From: Antedon mediterranea
Taxonomy: Eukaryota > Animalia > Echinodermata
Direction: 5' to 3'
NCBI RefSeq assembly: GCF_964355755.1
Contig: NC_092675.1
Coordinates: 15,348,912-15,412,911, forward strand
Length of the DNA: 64,000 nt
In this document: positions 26,861-40,570 of the stretch, in pieces
Numbering within the stretch: the first letter of the stretch is position 1
How the letters are laid out: every line of letters starts with the position of its first letter
The notes under the pieces: model-generated
Databases searched by the model: none
Seen by the model: only the letters and a program-made list of their open reading frames with translations
What the model was told of the DNA's origin: nothing
Made by a program: the position numbers and the translations under genes

Positions 26861-27998
26861 CTAGACATGAAACTCGTCACCTTGACGAGTTTGGCTATCC
26901 GCCACGCAAGTGGTGCAACATGAACGTGTAACGACGTACCTTTTAACATTAAGGGGTTAGGTTGAGGACAAAAGGAAGTGTTCACGTTGGCATTATGACC
27001 TGAACTGAAGAATATGATATGTTGGTTATTGCTGAATTCTATTATTTTGATTCATATATATTATGCACAGTATAATCTGTATCCATATCACATACAGTGT
27101 AGAATAGGTGAAATTACGGGACCCGCTATTTATTGCAATTTTTAACATGTTGACGGTTTCAAAATGAAACGCGAAGGTAGCAATTTCGGAAGGAAATTAT
27201 CTCAGCAATAACATATTAACGTGTAGAAGAAATTTAAATACGTGATGACGTCACAATGTCCGCTTAGCCATTTTAATACATGATCCTATATCTACAACTC
27301 ATCAACTTCCAGAATATGTCATCCACAAAAAGTTGACCGTGCAGTTTAGAAATTGAGACTGAAGGCATAATTTTGACAAATTTTTGAACTTTTTCATCAA
27401 AAACGCGCGCAAATTGTCCAATTCGACATGCTCGTATGACGTAACTTTAAGTCAAAATTGTTTAAAAGTTGGTAAAATTACTAGAAAAGGCTGGTAAAAC
27501 AAATCACGCGAAAAAATATGTTTTTAATGCTAAGTGCGCACCGCACACGTAAAAATTTGCGCACACGCGGGAATTTTTTACATGCTTAAAACGACATGAA
27601 ACGCGTAGAAAATTAGTTTTGCGCATTTTGAAATTTTAAATGCGACTGCACGCGTAACTTTGTGTAAAACATGCAATTTTTTTTCTACAGAAAGTTAGCG
27701 CATGATATAAATTAAACTTTTGCAAAGTTTCAATTTGAAATGTTATTTGGTTTTGGACCGATGTTAAAAATGAGAAAATCGTTAAATCGCGCATAAGTCA
27801 CGTTGCGCAATTGTAAACGTCATGAAAAGCTTCGCTTGACGACGTTACGTAAATGTCAATGATAGTTAGCAAAATGTTATGTTTGCAAGTTTTAGAAAAA
27901 AGCGTTAGACAAAAATCATACAGAAAGAAAGTAGACAAATAAAAAGATGATGTTGATTTCGTACAATCACTATCCTGCAACTTCGTTGCGGATAACCA
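26861..27998 (-). mobile_element. HINE/Helentron-like rolling-circle element
   Basis: CTAG end with hairpin AACTCGTCA-cct-TGACGAGTT; subterminal inverted repeats TTGGCTATCCGC / GCGGATAACCAA; no TSD; absent from copy 1. Confidence 0.75.
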
Positions 27999-28205
27999 AA
28001 TAACATAACTTTACTAATCAAATGATTTAATTACTTGTAAAACCATCAATATCATAGTTTGGACAACTTTGCATTTATTTGTTAACTAATACGCGTATTA
28101 AAATGTTGACCTTTGACCTTATGTCAACTGATGAAATTGACCTTATGTCAACTGATGAAATGATGTATGCGCTCTTTTACATTGCGTATGATTGATTAAC
28201 AGGAT

Positions 28206-31200
28206 TACTCCTGTAGCTAGATCAACTTTCGTATGCACTTTGAGGTGCAGAGAATTTGACTTCAGAAATTGGTTTAGGGTGGTCAAACAATCATTTTTGG
28301 CTTGGTTACACATTTTGAAAATGTGGCGAAAGGTCAAAAGGTCAGGGTGAAAGGTCATAAGACCAAACACCAATATGTCCTTAAATCTCAACAACCAGCG
28401 AGGTAATTTTGGTCTTAAATAAAAGGTATATATTTATATTCAGTCTAATGGGACATTTTAGTAAAAAATGACCAGAAATGCCATTTCTGACCTTTGACCC
28501 ACAACCCAGGGCATGTATGTATCTCCTTGAATTTGGTTTTAAATTGTTCGAAATATATATTTTGTTATTTATTACACATTTTGAAAAATGTTACAAAAGG
28601 TCAAAGGGTCAGGGTCAAGGGTTATATGAACAAATAAAAAAAGGTACTTGTATCTCAGCAACCACTGATCGTAGCAAGTCAATTTTGGTCTCAAAATGTT
28701 CAGAAGGCATGCATTTATATTCCGTCTAATGGAGCTTTTTAGTAAAAAATTATTAGAAATGCCATTTCTGACCTTTGACCCACATACCAGGGAATCTTCA
28801 TATCTCTGTAAGTACTGGTCGTAGAAACTTAAATTTGGTATCAAATTGTTTGAAATATACATATTTACATTCATTGTAATAGAAAATGTTGTTAAAAGAT
28901 GAACAGAAATACTATTACTTATGTTTCAAACAAAAAACATATGTACACAACTTATCCTTAGACAGTAATGTTATGCAATAAACTGATACTTTAATTTCAA
29001 TTTCAAGTACTAGTTATTGTTGTCCCCGAGGACATTTCGATAGAAACGTTAAGCTCAACAGTTCTTTTCAGAATGCTAGAAGTAACTTGCCATATGTATC
29101 CGATTAAATGCCCCAGGCATTTATTGTTCAAAAGGGTTTTTAGGGGGAAAGGAGGCATCTTTATTTGGGTTATAATATGGTAACATGTATAATCAAATAA
29201 ATACCACCTAGATGTAAAAAAATACAGCACAATTAATATAAAAAAGTGATAAAATTATGTCAAAATGCTTGGTAAATTGTAGATTATGGTAATTAATGAA
29301 ATGTGTTGACGTGATACAATTATTGTGTAAATGCATATGACGGGGCGTTTATTCCACATGATGTTCTGTTGGAGGGAATGCTGGCGTTTACTTGAGGGAG
29401 GCTTTTATTCAAAGCGGGTGTTTATTCGAATAAGTACTCTAATTTTAATAATTATATTTCGTTTCTCAACTGATAAAAGGTACTTTACATGATTCGTTTT
29501 CCTCTTTATGCTTTTTAACGAAATGTTTCCGTCTTTTAGAATAAAGTTGATAGATTCATTTAAATGGATATTCTCATCTAGGTGCCAGTATAATGATAAC
29601 AATGACACATCATTATCCTGACACGATTGCACTCATAATGGATCTTCATTCTATCATCTGTTTGTTTGTGACTACAATTTGACAACAATCATTTGCATAT
29701 TTTTAAATGCCAATACATAGTTTCATTACTATTGTACAATATGTCCAACTTTCCTGAAAACACCCTTGTGTACTGTAGTACAGTGTTGTAGTATGATTTT
29801 ATCATGATAACTTTTGATGCTTTTATTGTCAATGCATTCCGTACCTAAAACAAGTCAAAGTTTCTAGTGGCATTGATAATAAATCTCCAGAAATATATTG
29901 TTTTATTATCTACACTGGGAACAGACGTGTATATGTATAAGTTTTGTCGGTGACATTCAAAAATATTATGCAACAGTGTTACAGAATAATGACAATGAAT
30001 TGGTCTATTATAGTTGTCTCTGATACCTTTTATTACATGATTGTACTTGCACCAGGATAGAATGAGGTTTAATCCAGTTATTATTCTTATATTAATTTTT
30101 TTTTATATCTGGGGTGTATTTATTTGATTATACATGTTACCGCATTATTAAACCTAAACAAAATAAACGCCTTCCCTAAATAAATAAATGCCCGGGGCTT
30201 TTTGGGTAACTACGGTAAGAATTACTTCTAGCATTCTTAACTGTTGAGCTCGACGTTTCTATCAAAATGTTTGAATGTTCTCGGGGGTCAATAATACTTT
30301 CTAGCATTATTATAAGCAAAAGTACAATTATTACAAACAGTAAAGGATTTGTTTTAATTCCTATAATGAAATCATTAAGCATCAATTATTGCATAACATT
30401 ACTGTCTAAGGATAAGTTGGGTAAGACTAAAGAGATATGTTTTTCGTTAAACATTAGTAATTAATAGTATTTCTGATCATCTTTTATCCAAATTTTCTGT
30501 TAGAATGAATGTAAATATATGTATTTCTAACAATTTGATACTAAATTTAAGTTTCTACTATCAGTACTTACAGAGATATGAAGATGCCATGATATGTGGG
30601 TCAAAGGTCAGAAATGGCATTTCTGATAATTTTTGACTAAAATGTCCCATTAGATTGAATAAGAATGCATGCCTTTTGAACATTTTGGGCCTAAAATTGA
30701 CTTGCTGCGACGAGTGGTTGTCGAGATACAAGTATCTACTTCTATTTGTTCAGATAACCCTTGACCCTGACCCTTTGGCCTTTTGTAACATTTTTAAAAA
30801 TGTGCAACAAATAACAAAATGTTTTCTTCAAACAATTTAAGACCAAATTCAAGTGTCTATGACCAGTAGTTACGGAGATACACATGCCCTGGAGTGTGGG
30901 TCAAAGGTCAGAAATGGCATTTCCGGTCATTTTTGACTAAAATGTCCCATTAGACTGAATATAAATGTATACCTTCTGATCAATTTGAGACCAAAATTAC
31001 CTCGCTGTGACCAGTGGTTGCCAAGATTTAAGGACCTATTGGTGTTTAGTTTTATAACCTTTCACCCTGACCTTTTGACCTTTTGCCACATTTTCAAAAT
31101 GTGTAACCAAGCCAATAATGATTGTTTGACCATCCTTAACCAATTTCTGAAGTCAAATTCTCTGGACCTCAAAGTGCATACGAAAGTTGATCTACTGTAG

Positions 31201-31211
31201 CTACTTGAGTA
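28206..31211. mobile_element. Foldback element with about 1-kb inverted arms (Academ-like ends)
   Basis: TACTC...GAGTA termini, TSD GAT (28203-28205 / 31212-31214); arms about 28206-29240 and 30090-31211 are reverse complements. Confidence 0.82.
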
Positions 31212-33187
31212 GATGAGAAACCATCCAATTTTTATTAAATATTAGTTTTTATTTAGTTCTATGATTGGTAAATATTGACATTTGACCCTTAATCACAAAG
31301 GATTTTTTTTTATAAGGTGATTGAATAGACACTTATAATCATAAAAATGTAATAAAAGACCAAATTTGTTATATACATAATACATTGTTGTAATTGGTCA
31401 ATTTTGAACTTTGACCCATTATATCTAGAAAACGCTTCCTATCCTGATCAATTACCTTCCATATTCTACGGAAAATTCTGGTCTAGAAAAATTGGATGGC
31501 AATTTGTCCTCTTTTTGGTGGTGATTACCCCCTCCTGCCACCGGACTATATATAAAGAAATATAACTATTTCATCCATTTGATTTTACTACGCGCGATTT
31601 AACAAAATCACGTTTGTAATCATATCTTCACAAGCATGAATCACAATTAAACAAAATGTTGGTACTTATAAATTTCAGGTCATATTTCATCATATGGCAA
31701 TACAATTATGTGCGTAGCGCATATTACGCAGCGCACTTAAAAGTTTGTCGAAATTTATTTTCGATGAAATTGGAGTAAGTTTCATGCAATTTTAAACGTT
31801 TAAAAAATTGCCATAAGTGCGCAGATTTTTGCACGTGCTTTAAACGTCGCGCACTATTTTTTTTCGATTTCTGTTTTTCAAACTTTCTTTAATAATTCTT
31901 TAATTCAACGTGAAATTGCGGTACATGAGCACGTCAAAAGTGACAGGCTATGTAATGCATGTGTAAGTTAACAAAATGGTAAAAATATGCGAAATTTTTA
32001 AATTATTATAGATCGTCAGAATCCTCGGGAACACCTATTTTTCATTTCTTTATGATTTATTATGAAATTAAGAGAACAAATGTTGATTAAATCGTCATTA
32101 ATTGCATATTAAATTTTAAATAATTAATTTCGACAATCAAACATTTTCTAAGGGCGAAATAACAAACTTAACATTAACTTTCTTCCTTATAATTTTCATA
32201 TATTAAAGTTAAAAGTATATAGTTTGACAGTGCATCATTTTTTTAAATTTTTAAAGATGTCATCATAGTAAAAAATTATAATTCATTGCGGTATGTAATA
32301 ATCTGCACCAAAGTGGTTACTGCATAGTAAATACATGGAGGGATCTTTCTACAACTTTTAGTCAATTGTGTATGGCTCGGTGGTCTATGCCATTCAAGGT
32401 ACCAAGATTGAGTTTCACCTTGGGAAACCAAACGAAAGACGATTTTTTTTATTATCCATATTGTTTGTTCAATTTTATTTCTTAATGTATACATTATAGA
32501 AAAACCGTATAGATCTGTATTTCTATCATGTATCAATTACATATCAATTATGTATCTTAGCTTGATTTTTTTAAACTTAAACTGTAGTTGAAGAATAAAT
32601 AGATAAATATTAAAAACAAATAGTAATATTTTGAAATTTTAGTTTTGTTGAAAATTATTAAGTTTTAAAATGACTACCGTACTTCAATAAGCCTATTCCA
32701 AACCATTGGTGACCTTGGAGTCACTCAGGCAGGTTGAACACATTTTTGGTTGGCTAGCAACCGTCGTGACGCCAGCACCCCAGAACTCTATTAACATTAG
32801 TTAGGGAGCCAGAAAGCGAACTATGCCAACAATGTTTTTTGCTTCTTTATATCAATACAAATAAATTTTTTGCTGTTGGGCGAAAAAAAATTGGGATGCT
32901 TGGTCAGTACTGGGGCCAAAAGGTCACTATGGTCAAAGTTAAGACTTTATATAACTTGGTAACTACTGGGTGTATTGGAATATTTTTATTTATATATATT
33001 TTTTTTACTCAGGAGACCCATATTTCTATTCACTCTAATGGGAAAATTGGACAGAAACCCCCACTCTGACCACTGATCAAGAAATTGGCCATATGAATGT
33101 CTCATCAGAAAGTGATAATTGTGGTCTCAAATTACTCACAAAGTATATGTTAATATTTGTTCTAATGTAATAAAAATCATAAAACTG

Positions 33188-34802
33188 TCAAGATTCAAGA
33201 TTCAAGAAATTTTATTTGTCCATAAAAATGGAAATTCACTTTGCTTGGTAGATTAAAACAACAATATTGCAACAATTTAAAAACGTGCAGTATAATAACA
33301 GATTAAAAATACAAGATAAAAAGTTAAAAATACTGTTAAAAATGTAAAACTATTAAAAATTGCATTAACGTCTTACATTAGAATTAAAAATATGAATGCT
33401 ATTTACAACGAAGGATTTTCTAGTTCTACAAAGATTTGCTCTTGGAGGTCATAGCCTAATGCCTGATCTATTTAAGTTATAACAGTAATGTAACGGATGA
33501 GTGGGGTCTTTCATAATATTGTTTACTTTTTTTAGAATACTCTTTTCATAGATAAATGAACAAGGCCTTAGATCAGCTTTAATAATACGTTGTGCAATTT
33601 TACGTGGTCTCTCAATATTTTTCTTATAATTTTCAGTAAAGTTACCATAAAAACATCCAATGCTAAAAGATAAAATACTTTGAATAATACTTTGATAAAA
33701 TAGAATTAAAATAGTGTTATCAACTCTAATTTGCTTGAGTTTTCTGAGAAAGTAAAGCCTTTGAGATGCCTTCTTGGAAATCATGAGAGAGTTTGACTCC
33801 CATTTTAATTTGTTGTCAATTATAGTACCTAAGTATTTGTATTGGGTTACTCTTTCAACCTCGGTTTCTTTAATAGTTATTACATTATGTTCAACTGCGG
33901 TTTTACGAAAATCTATTATCATCTCTTTGGTTTTAGTAATATTAAGTATTAAGTTCATATCTTCACACCAATTAACAAATCTTCCAACTTCATTAACAAA
34001 TTCATTTACATTATGCTTACTATCGCAAAGAAAACCACTAATTACAGTATCGTCAGCGTATTTTACAATATTGCAATCTTTACTTAAAATATTAAAACTG
34101 CTAGAATAAAAAGAGAACAAAATTGGAGAAATAACACATCCTTGAGGGGCTCCAACACTGATAGATTCTTTGTTGGATAGGATACCATTGCACTTAGCCA
34201 TCTGCGGTCTATTAATCAAAAAACTATATATAGCTTTGGCGAGCTGAGGTGAGACATTAAAACTTAATAATCTATCAATTAAAACATGTGGTAAAATAGT
34301 ATTAAAAGCACTGGAGAAATCGAAAAATATAGACCGTACATAATTTCTTTTTGAATCAAGGTGATGATATGCATCATGGAGATAAGAATTAACAGCATCG
34401 TCAACCCCTCTATTTTTCTTGTATGCAAATTGATTCTTATCTGCATTACCAATATTTTCCTTAAGTCTAGAAACAATCAACCTTTCTAAGCATTTCATTA
34501 AATTTGAAGTAATTGCAATTGGTCTAAAATCTTTTGGTACACTAGGTTTATTAACTTTAGGCAATGGATATATATATAATAGAAGTTTTCCATATGCGTG
34601 GAACAGTACCATTTCTAAAAATAATATTAAAAATATGAGTAAAAATTGGACATAGTTGGATATTGCACAAAAAATTCTGAAAAATTCAAAATTCTGTTTG
34701 AAATCCCATCTGGTCCAGTTGCCTTATTGACTTTTACACGTGCAAATTCTCTTAAAACCTCGTCTTCATTAACAACAACATTATTATTCATCATTACCAA
34801 TA

Positions 34803-34838
<36 letters not shown>

Positions 34839-35010
34839 TCATTATCTTTAAGATTGTTAAGTTTCTCACTGGTAGCCAACATGTCTGTTTCATATTGACC
34901 ATCATCAAATCTGCAGAAAAATTTGTTTAAGGAGTCCACAAACTTCTTGTCACATTCACCTACGTATTTTTTCGGTTTTTCTTTGTAGTCAGTGAGCATA
35001 TACATTAATT
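33188..35010 (-). mobile_element. 5'-truncated non-LTR retrotransposon (Rex1/Babar-like RT)
   Basis: 387-aa ORF with DFRPIAITS, FFDFSSAFNTI, GAPQGCVISP, KYADDT, SQRLYFLRKL; 3' tail AATAAA plus (TCTTGAA)n at about 33188-33216. Confidence 0.9.
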
Positions 35011-36279
35011 AACCCTTAATTTTGATCTTTGACATATAGCCGGCACAAACATTTTTGGCTTAGAGCACACTTTTCATATCTCAGAAATTGTTGGCCGGAT
35101 ATGGTCGTAGTTGGTGTCAAAATACTCAGAAGATACATATTTCTATTCACTTTAATGGACAACTTAAATGACCATATCAATATCTCGGCAACAACTAGTC
35201 AAAAAGTTATAATTTTAGTCTCAAATTACTTTGCTTTGATACAACAGAAATACACAAAATGTCTAAAAACACCTTATTTTGACATTTAACAATAGCTGGT
35301 ACAAACATTTTTGCATGGAGCACACTTGCATTTTCATAACTAGCGAATATTGTCCAAATATCAGTGACTGTTGTGCGAGTATGAATACTTTGTATCGGAA
35401 ATCAAAAGTAGATTCATAATTCTATTAATTAATGAATAACATCACAGTTAAATCACCAACATCATTTTTTTAATAACAATCTAAACTATATCACTGTTTA
35501 ACAATTTTAAGAACTCCAGTAAATGAATGACAAATGCTATACAGTAATACTGTTACATATTTTAAAACCATAGTTGAACAATAAAAACAAATCAAAGAAC
35601 CGTAGTATGACTACTATATATTAATTATTATATCATCATATATTAAACATCATACTACTCAGTATATGTGATTTTAATTCAAACTAACAATTAATAATTT
35701 AATTCTAAAGAACTTAGGTTTGTTTTGTTCAGATGTTTCAATGTTTCCCTCCATTTACAACAAGCTGTTTGATGCAACATTATATTGAATCTTTTTAATA
35801 CAAATAAACAGAAATATGTAAATTAGTTGCATAGTAATCTTTATTCACAAACCTATATTTAGGATACTATTTAGGATTATTATAACATTGTCATACTGGT
35901 AACGATTTACTTTGATTTGTCTTTAGATTTTCATAATTTTAAACACAAGCAAGAAAGAAACTGGGTATAGTTTTAAAGTGAAATATTGCAAGAGTTTGAA
36001 TTTGGTATTATAGCACTAAATACAGTAAAACATTTGCGAATTAATACTTTGTCATTGATTGAAATAGTAAAGTACATGTAACGATACACCACTACGATGT
36101 TTATATATTTTGTAATTATTAATTAATACAAATGTTGAGAACCCACTGTCAGAATAAAGTTTATGTGTATATTATGTGTTTATAATCTAACAGTAGCGGC
36201 TACCCACACTCACATTAGTTTATTTGTATATTTGATTATATTATATCTAACAGTACCAAATACTCACAATAAGAAATTT

Positions 36280-36760
36280 GCGATTCAAATGGCGATCAAA
36301 GGTGGTTTATACCTATTTACAGTATTCTATAGCATTGCAATACTATTTATCTTTATTCTCAAAGCGCCCATAAATTTACCTGCTTGTGTTAAACCATGGA
36401 GGTATACCTCTATGGTTAAACCAAATCAATACTTGTATATTAAATCTATCAAAATAATATTTTTGTAAGAAAATCGGCCTGTCTTCAACATTATGATGCG
36501 TACTCGAGCTGTTCAACTCGTTTTCAGATATTAAAAACAATTGTCGTAGGAGGAGATAGGAAAATGCAAAGCATCCTCGTATTATTGTGTGCGGATATTT
36601 TTCAAGATGGACATCCATTAGACAGTGTATACCACGATCGGAAAACACTCCTATTTGGGACAAATCGTTGAACCTAAATTCGTTTTAATTGTCAATAACT
36701 AATTATCTAACTCAATTTAATTAGTAAATAGGGTAACATCAAGTGGTTAAAATATGTACT
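36280..36760. repeat. Dispersed repeat; inverted diverged copy at about 42570-43070
   Basis: AAAATCGGCCTGTCTTCAACATTATGATGC and CGATCGGAAAACACTCCTATTTGGG appear as reverse complements near 42620-42840. Confidence 0.65.
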
Positions 36761-36989
36761 AAAAGTATGAACCAACTTTATATACCATCGAGTAAAAATT
36801 ACCCTTACGTAAATTTATATATACGGATACAGTACAAAAACACCATTAGTGTTAAAGAATTTAGTTTGATACGATTGTACTAACTAAAAGGTCCATTTTT
36901 CCATTTTCTGACCTGCAGCCCCAACCATGATGGTGGTGCGACCAATGTGTATCTTTCAGATTCAAATATCTTTTTAATGCTACAGATAG

Positions 36990-38880
36990 TCCAGGATAAC
37001 TCATTACATCAACATGTTCATGAACCAACTCATGGAGAAAATACTCTGGCTCATTTTTACCACTTCTCCAGATCTACTGACTGATGTTAAAACACACCCA
37101 GGATTATGTAAGCATGTAGTAACAGCAGAGTATGAAATGAAAGCAAAAATCAACCCTAAAAAACCTAGGCAAATTTTCTTGTTTAGAAAAGCAAATATAG
37201 ATAAAATAAGGGAAGAAATAGAACACTTCCAGGTTGATTTTGTTAATAATATGAAACATTTAAATGTAAATCAAAATTGGATAAGCTTTAAAAACAGGAT
37301 TTTAGAAATCGTAAACAAGCATGTTCCAACCAAAAAAACAAGTAATAAATCTAATCTACCATGGATTAACTATAAAGTTAAAAAACTTATGAGCGTTAGA
37401 AGAACAAAATATAGAAAAGCCAAAACAACAAAACTAGCTAAGGATTGGGGACAGTATATAGAAGTATCCAAAAAACAATAAAAATCGAAATTAAAAAGGC
37501 ATATGACCATGTCGAAAGCTTGTTCGATGAAATTGAAAATAGTGGTGGTGCACTTAAAAAACTATATACTGTACATTCGTAAAGGGTCTAAGACGAGATA
37601 GAGTTGGAATCTCATCTCTGCAAAGAGATGGTAAATTCGGTACTGAAGGAAAGGATAAAGCAGAAATGTTATCTAAACAATTTCAGAAAGTATTTACCAA
37701 CGAAGATACTAGGAATATTCCCGACAAAGGCCAAAGTCCATATCCAAAGATGCCTGAAATTAAAATTAATACAGATGGAATATTCAAACTATTAAGTAAA
37801 CTTAATCCCAAAAAAGCAATTGGTATAGATATGATTCCGACGCAAATTATTAAAGACCATGCAGATGTTGTGGCACCCATCCTAACTGAAATATTTCAGC
37901 AGTCTTTAGAGGAAGGGGAAGTGCCACATGATTGGAAGCAAGCAAATGTAACAGCCTTATTTTAAAAAGGTGATAGATCATTACCAGTTAATTATAGGCC
38001 TGTGTCTCTTACATGTGTGACTTGTAAAGTTATGGAAATAGAAATATTAACAAAAAACATGGATGTAAAGAAAATCACCGATTGTATAGTACTTGATTTT
38101 TCAAAAGCATTTGATACGGTTCCTCATTGAAGGCTTTTATACAAAGTTAATTATTATGGAATAAGAGGTTGTACACATAATTGGATAAAATCATGGTTAG
38201 TCGATAGGTCCCAATCGGTAGTTATGGATGGATACACATCCAATAAAGTCAAGGTACAATCAGGAGTACCACAGGGTACAGTTTTAGGACCTCTCATGTT
38301 TTTACTTTGATGATGCCAAGCAACTCCAAAAAGATCTTCATAAAGTAGTGGCATGGTCTGAAAAATGGCAAATGAAATTTAATCTCAACAAATGCCAAGT
38401 AATTAAAATAAGTTACACTTCAATCAACAACTTAGATACCTTGGAGTGGAACTTACCCATAATCTAACATGGGGAGCTCACATTGACAAGATTAGAAAAA
38501 AAGCAAGTAATACCTTAAACATGTTAAGAAGAAATTTTCACAATTGTTCTGTTGAAATTAAAAATAAATCATACACGACATTTGTTCGGCCAACACTAGA
38601 ATATGCGCAGACAGTATGGGATCCATATCAACTAAAACAAATTAATAAAATACAATCAATTCAAAACAAAGCAGCCAGATATGTGACAAAAAATTATGAC
38701 AGAAATAGTAGCATTACAGAGATTAATAAACAGTTAAAATGGCCACTTCTTCAACATAGAAGATTTGTTGCCAGACAATCTCTTCTATACAAAACATGGC
38801 ATGGAAAAACACTACCACCATACACAAGTAATATTCATACAAGAGTGTTACGAAACTCCAATAATTTTAAATTATATTAT
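36990..38880 (+). mobile_element. Decayed LINE (endonuclease C-terminus + RT; CR1/RTE-X-like)
   Basis: LPWIN, KAIGIDMIP, VPHDWKQANVTALFKKG, NYRPVSLT, LDFSKAFDTVPH, SGVPQGTVLGP, VRPTLEYA..VWDP; multiple stops and deletions. Confidence 0.88.
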
Positions 38881-40027
38881 TATTATTATTATAGTCGCCA
38901 ACCCTTGCCACATGACTTCCAATAATGATTGTTGATGTCCCATTCATTTTATCTATTTCATCATGTCATATTCATTATTATCTTATTATTTCCTAATACT
39001 AATGTAATATTTTCTTATAAATAAGCTTGAAATGAATGTGTTTACGTTCGTTACGTTAGATAGATGCATAAAGAAGAGAGTTCATTCCCCTGACATCATA
39101 CTGCTAACTTTGAACAGTATATATGCAACCTTGGGAATGATGGATCTTATTATAAACAGGCTTTCTTTCTCTTCAGAAAACAAAATTTGTACTACCAGAA
39201 AAATGTTTTATGAAGATAAGTTTTACAGCAAAACTATATTAAAATTGTGGTCTTAATGAGTTGTGGGTTCCAGTTTTTATTACCCAATGAAAGTAAAAAT
39301 CTAAAGCATTAATTGATAAGGGTCAGAATCAGATATGTGTTATCAACAAGGGAAACAAGAATATTCTCTTTAATATTACAATGAAAAACATACTCAACAT
39401 TGCTTTTGTGTTCTCTAGATGGGGATCAGTGAATGGCCAGAGTCCTATAAATTGTGAATTGAAATTGTGAAGTGTAGATGAAGTTATGAACTGCTATTCT
39501 GATTCTGATGACTAGTAGCTGGCACCGCTTTCCCTACACAATCAAACTCATATAATGAGGCTATAGGTTATAGTACGAAGTAGGACTCTTTTGAAACGGT
39601 TTTCTGTATTCTAGAATTAAAATCAACATGTTTTGGCTTTTCAATAATAACAGACGTAGGCTACAGTTAGTTATTGGCAATAATAGCGATAAATGTTAAG
39701 CGTTTGATCACTGTTTTCGCGATAAAACAAATCCAAAGTCCTTATACGATGACGTCACACACGTACCATTACGTAATGCAATTTTACCGTATCTTTAGCC
39801 ACACACCGTAACAAAATCTACCTCATGAGTTTTCATTGTTGTTAACATACAAGAGTACCTGTAATTTCAATTTGCTAATTTGAACTGCATTAGGCTTAAA
39901 TTTGCCAAAATGTTTAGTTATTTGAAGAAACACTGCAATATCCAGATCAAACAGAAACAATAAATAAAATTCAACTAATGATATTTTTTATTTGAATTAC
40001 TAAATACTATCTATACAAATCTGATAA

Positions 40028-40115
40028 GATAAACTTGTTTATCAGTTAAGATAAACTCGTTTATCAGTTAAGATAAACTCGTTTATCAGTTATGATAAAC
40101 TCGTTTATTAGTTAA
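40028..40115. repeat. Four copies of a 22-bp palindromic unit GATAAACTCGTTTATCAGTTAA
   Basis: Direct reading; each unit contains the inverted pair GATAAAC/GTTTATC. Confidence 0.9.
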
Positions 40116-40404
40116 TGTTTAAAATATATTATGAATATAATGTTCAGATTTCATGTTATGTTACATACACATTTTAAAATGTTAAATTAAATTCCGAAAA
40201 AAAAACCCACAGCAATGTGCTATCCCATACTTATTAACTTAATTAAAACTTAACTACTATACAAAAATAACATGGAATGTTTCGTGAATTTTTTTTCCAA
40301 AACATTGTTTTTATTTTAATGTTTAATTTCACATAATTTTTATGGATTGAGGTATTTCTCAATAGAAATTTGGTAGCAAGTATTAATGTTTAATATTTAT
40401 CATC

Positions 40405-40570
40405 GATAAAGCTTCTCTCATTCAGTGCCCACCTTGACCAGAAGAAAGGCATGAAACAATACGTCAGAGGCAGATACTAGATGCAATGGCTGCCATACGA
40501 GTCAGCAGTGTTGATTTCAGCACCCGATTTTCCCAGATAGTCGCCCAACGTTGCTTAACTTCAGTGTTTC
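40405..40570 (-). mobile_element. Degenerate 5S rRNA-derived SINE or 5S pseudogene fragment
   Basis: Minus strand reads CACTGAAGTTAAGCAACGTTGGGCGACTATCTGGGAAAATCGGGTGCTG, resembling 5S box A and 3' half with an internal deletion. Confidence 0.45.

Larger units (their letters stand above)
23159..31548. mobile_element. Academ-like long-TIR element (copy 2, inverted relative to 3824-7055) with three nested insertions
   Basis: Same termini TAGTCCGGTGGC...GCCACCGGACTA; interior is the reverse complement of copy 1; about 3.25 kb after removing nested elements; flanks TAA/TAT (one mismatch). Confidence 0.82.
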
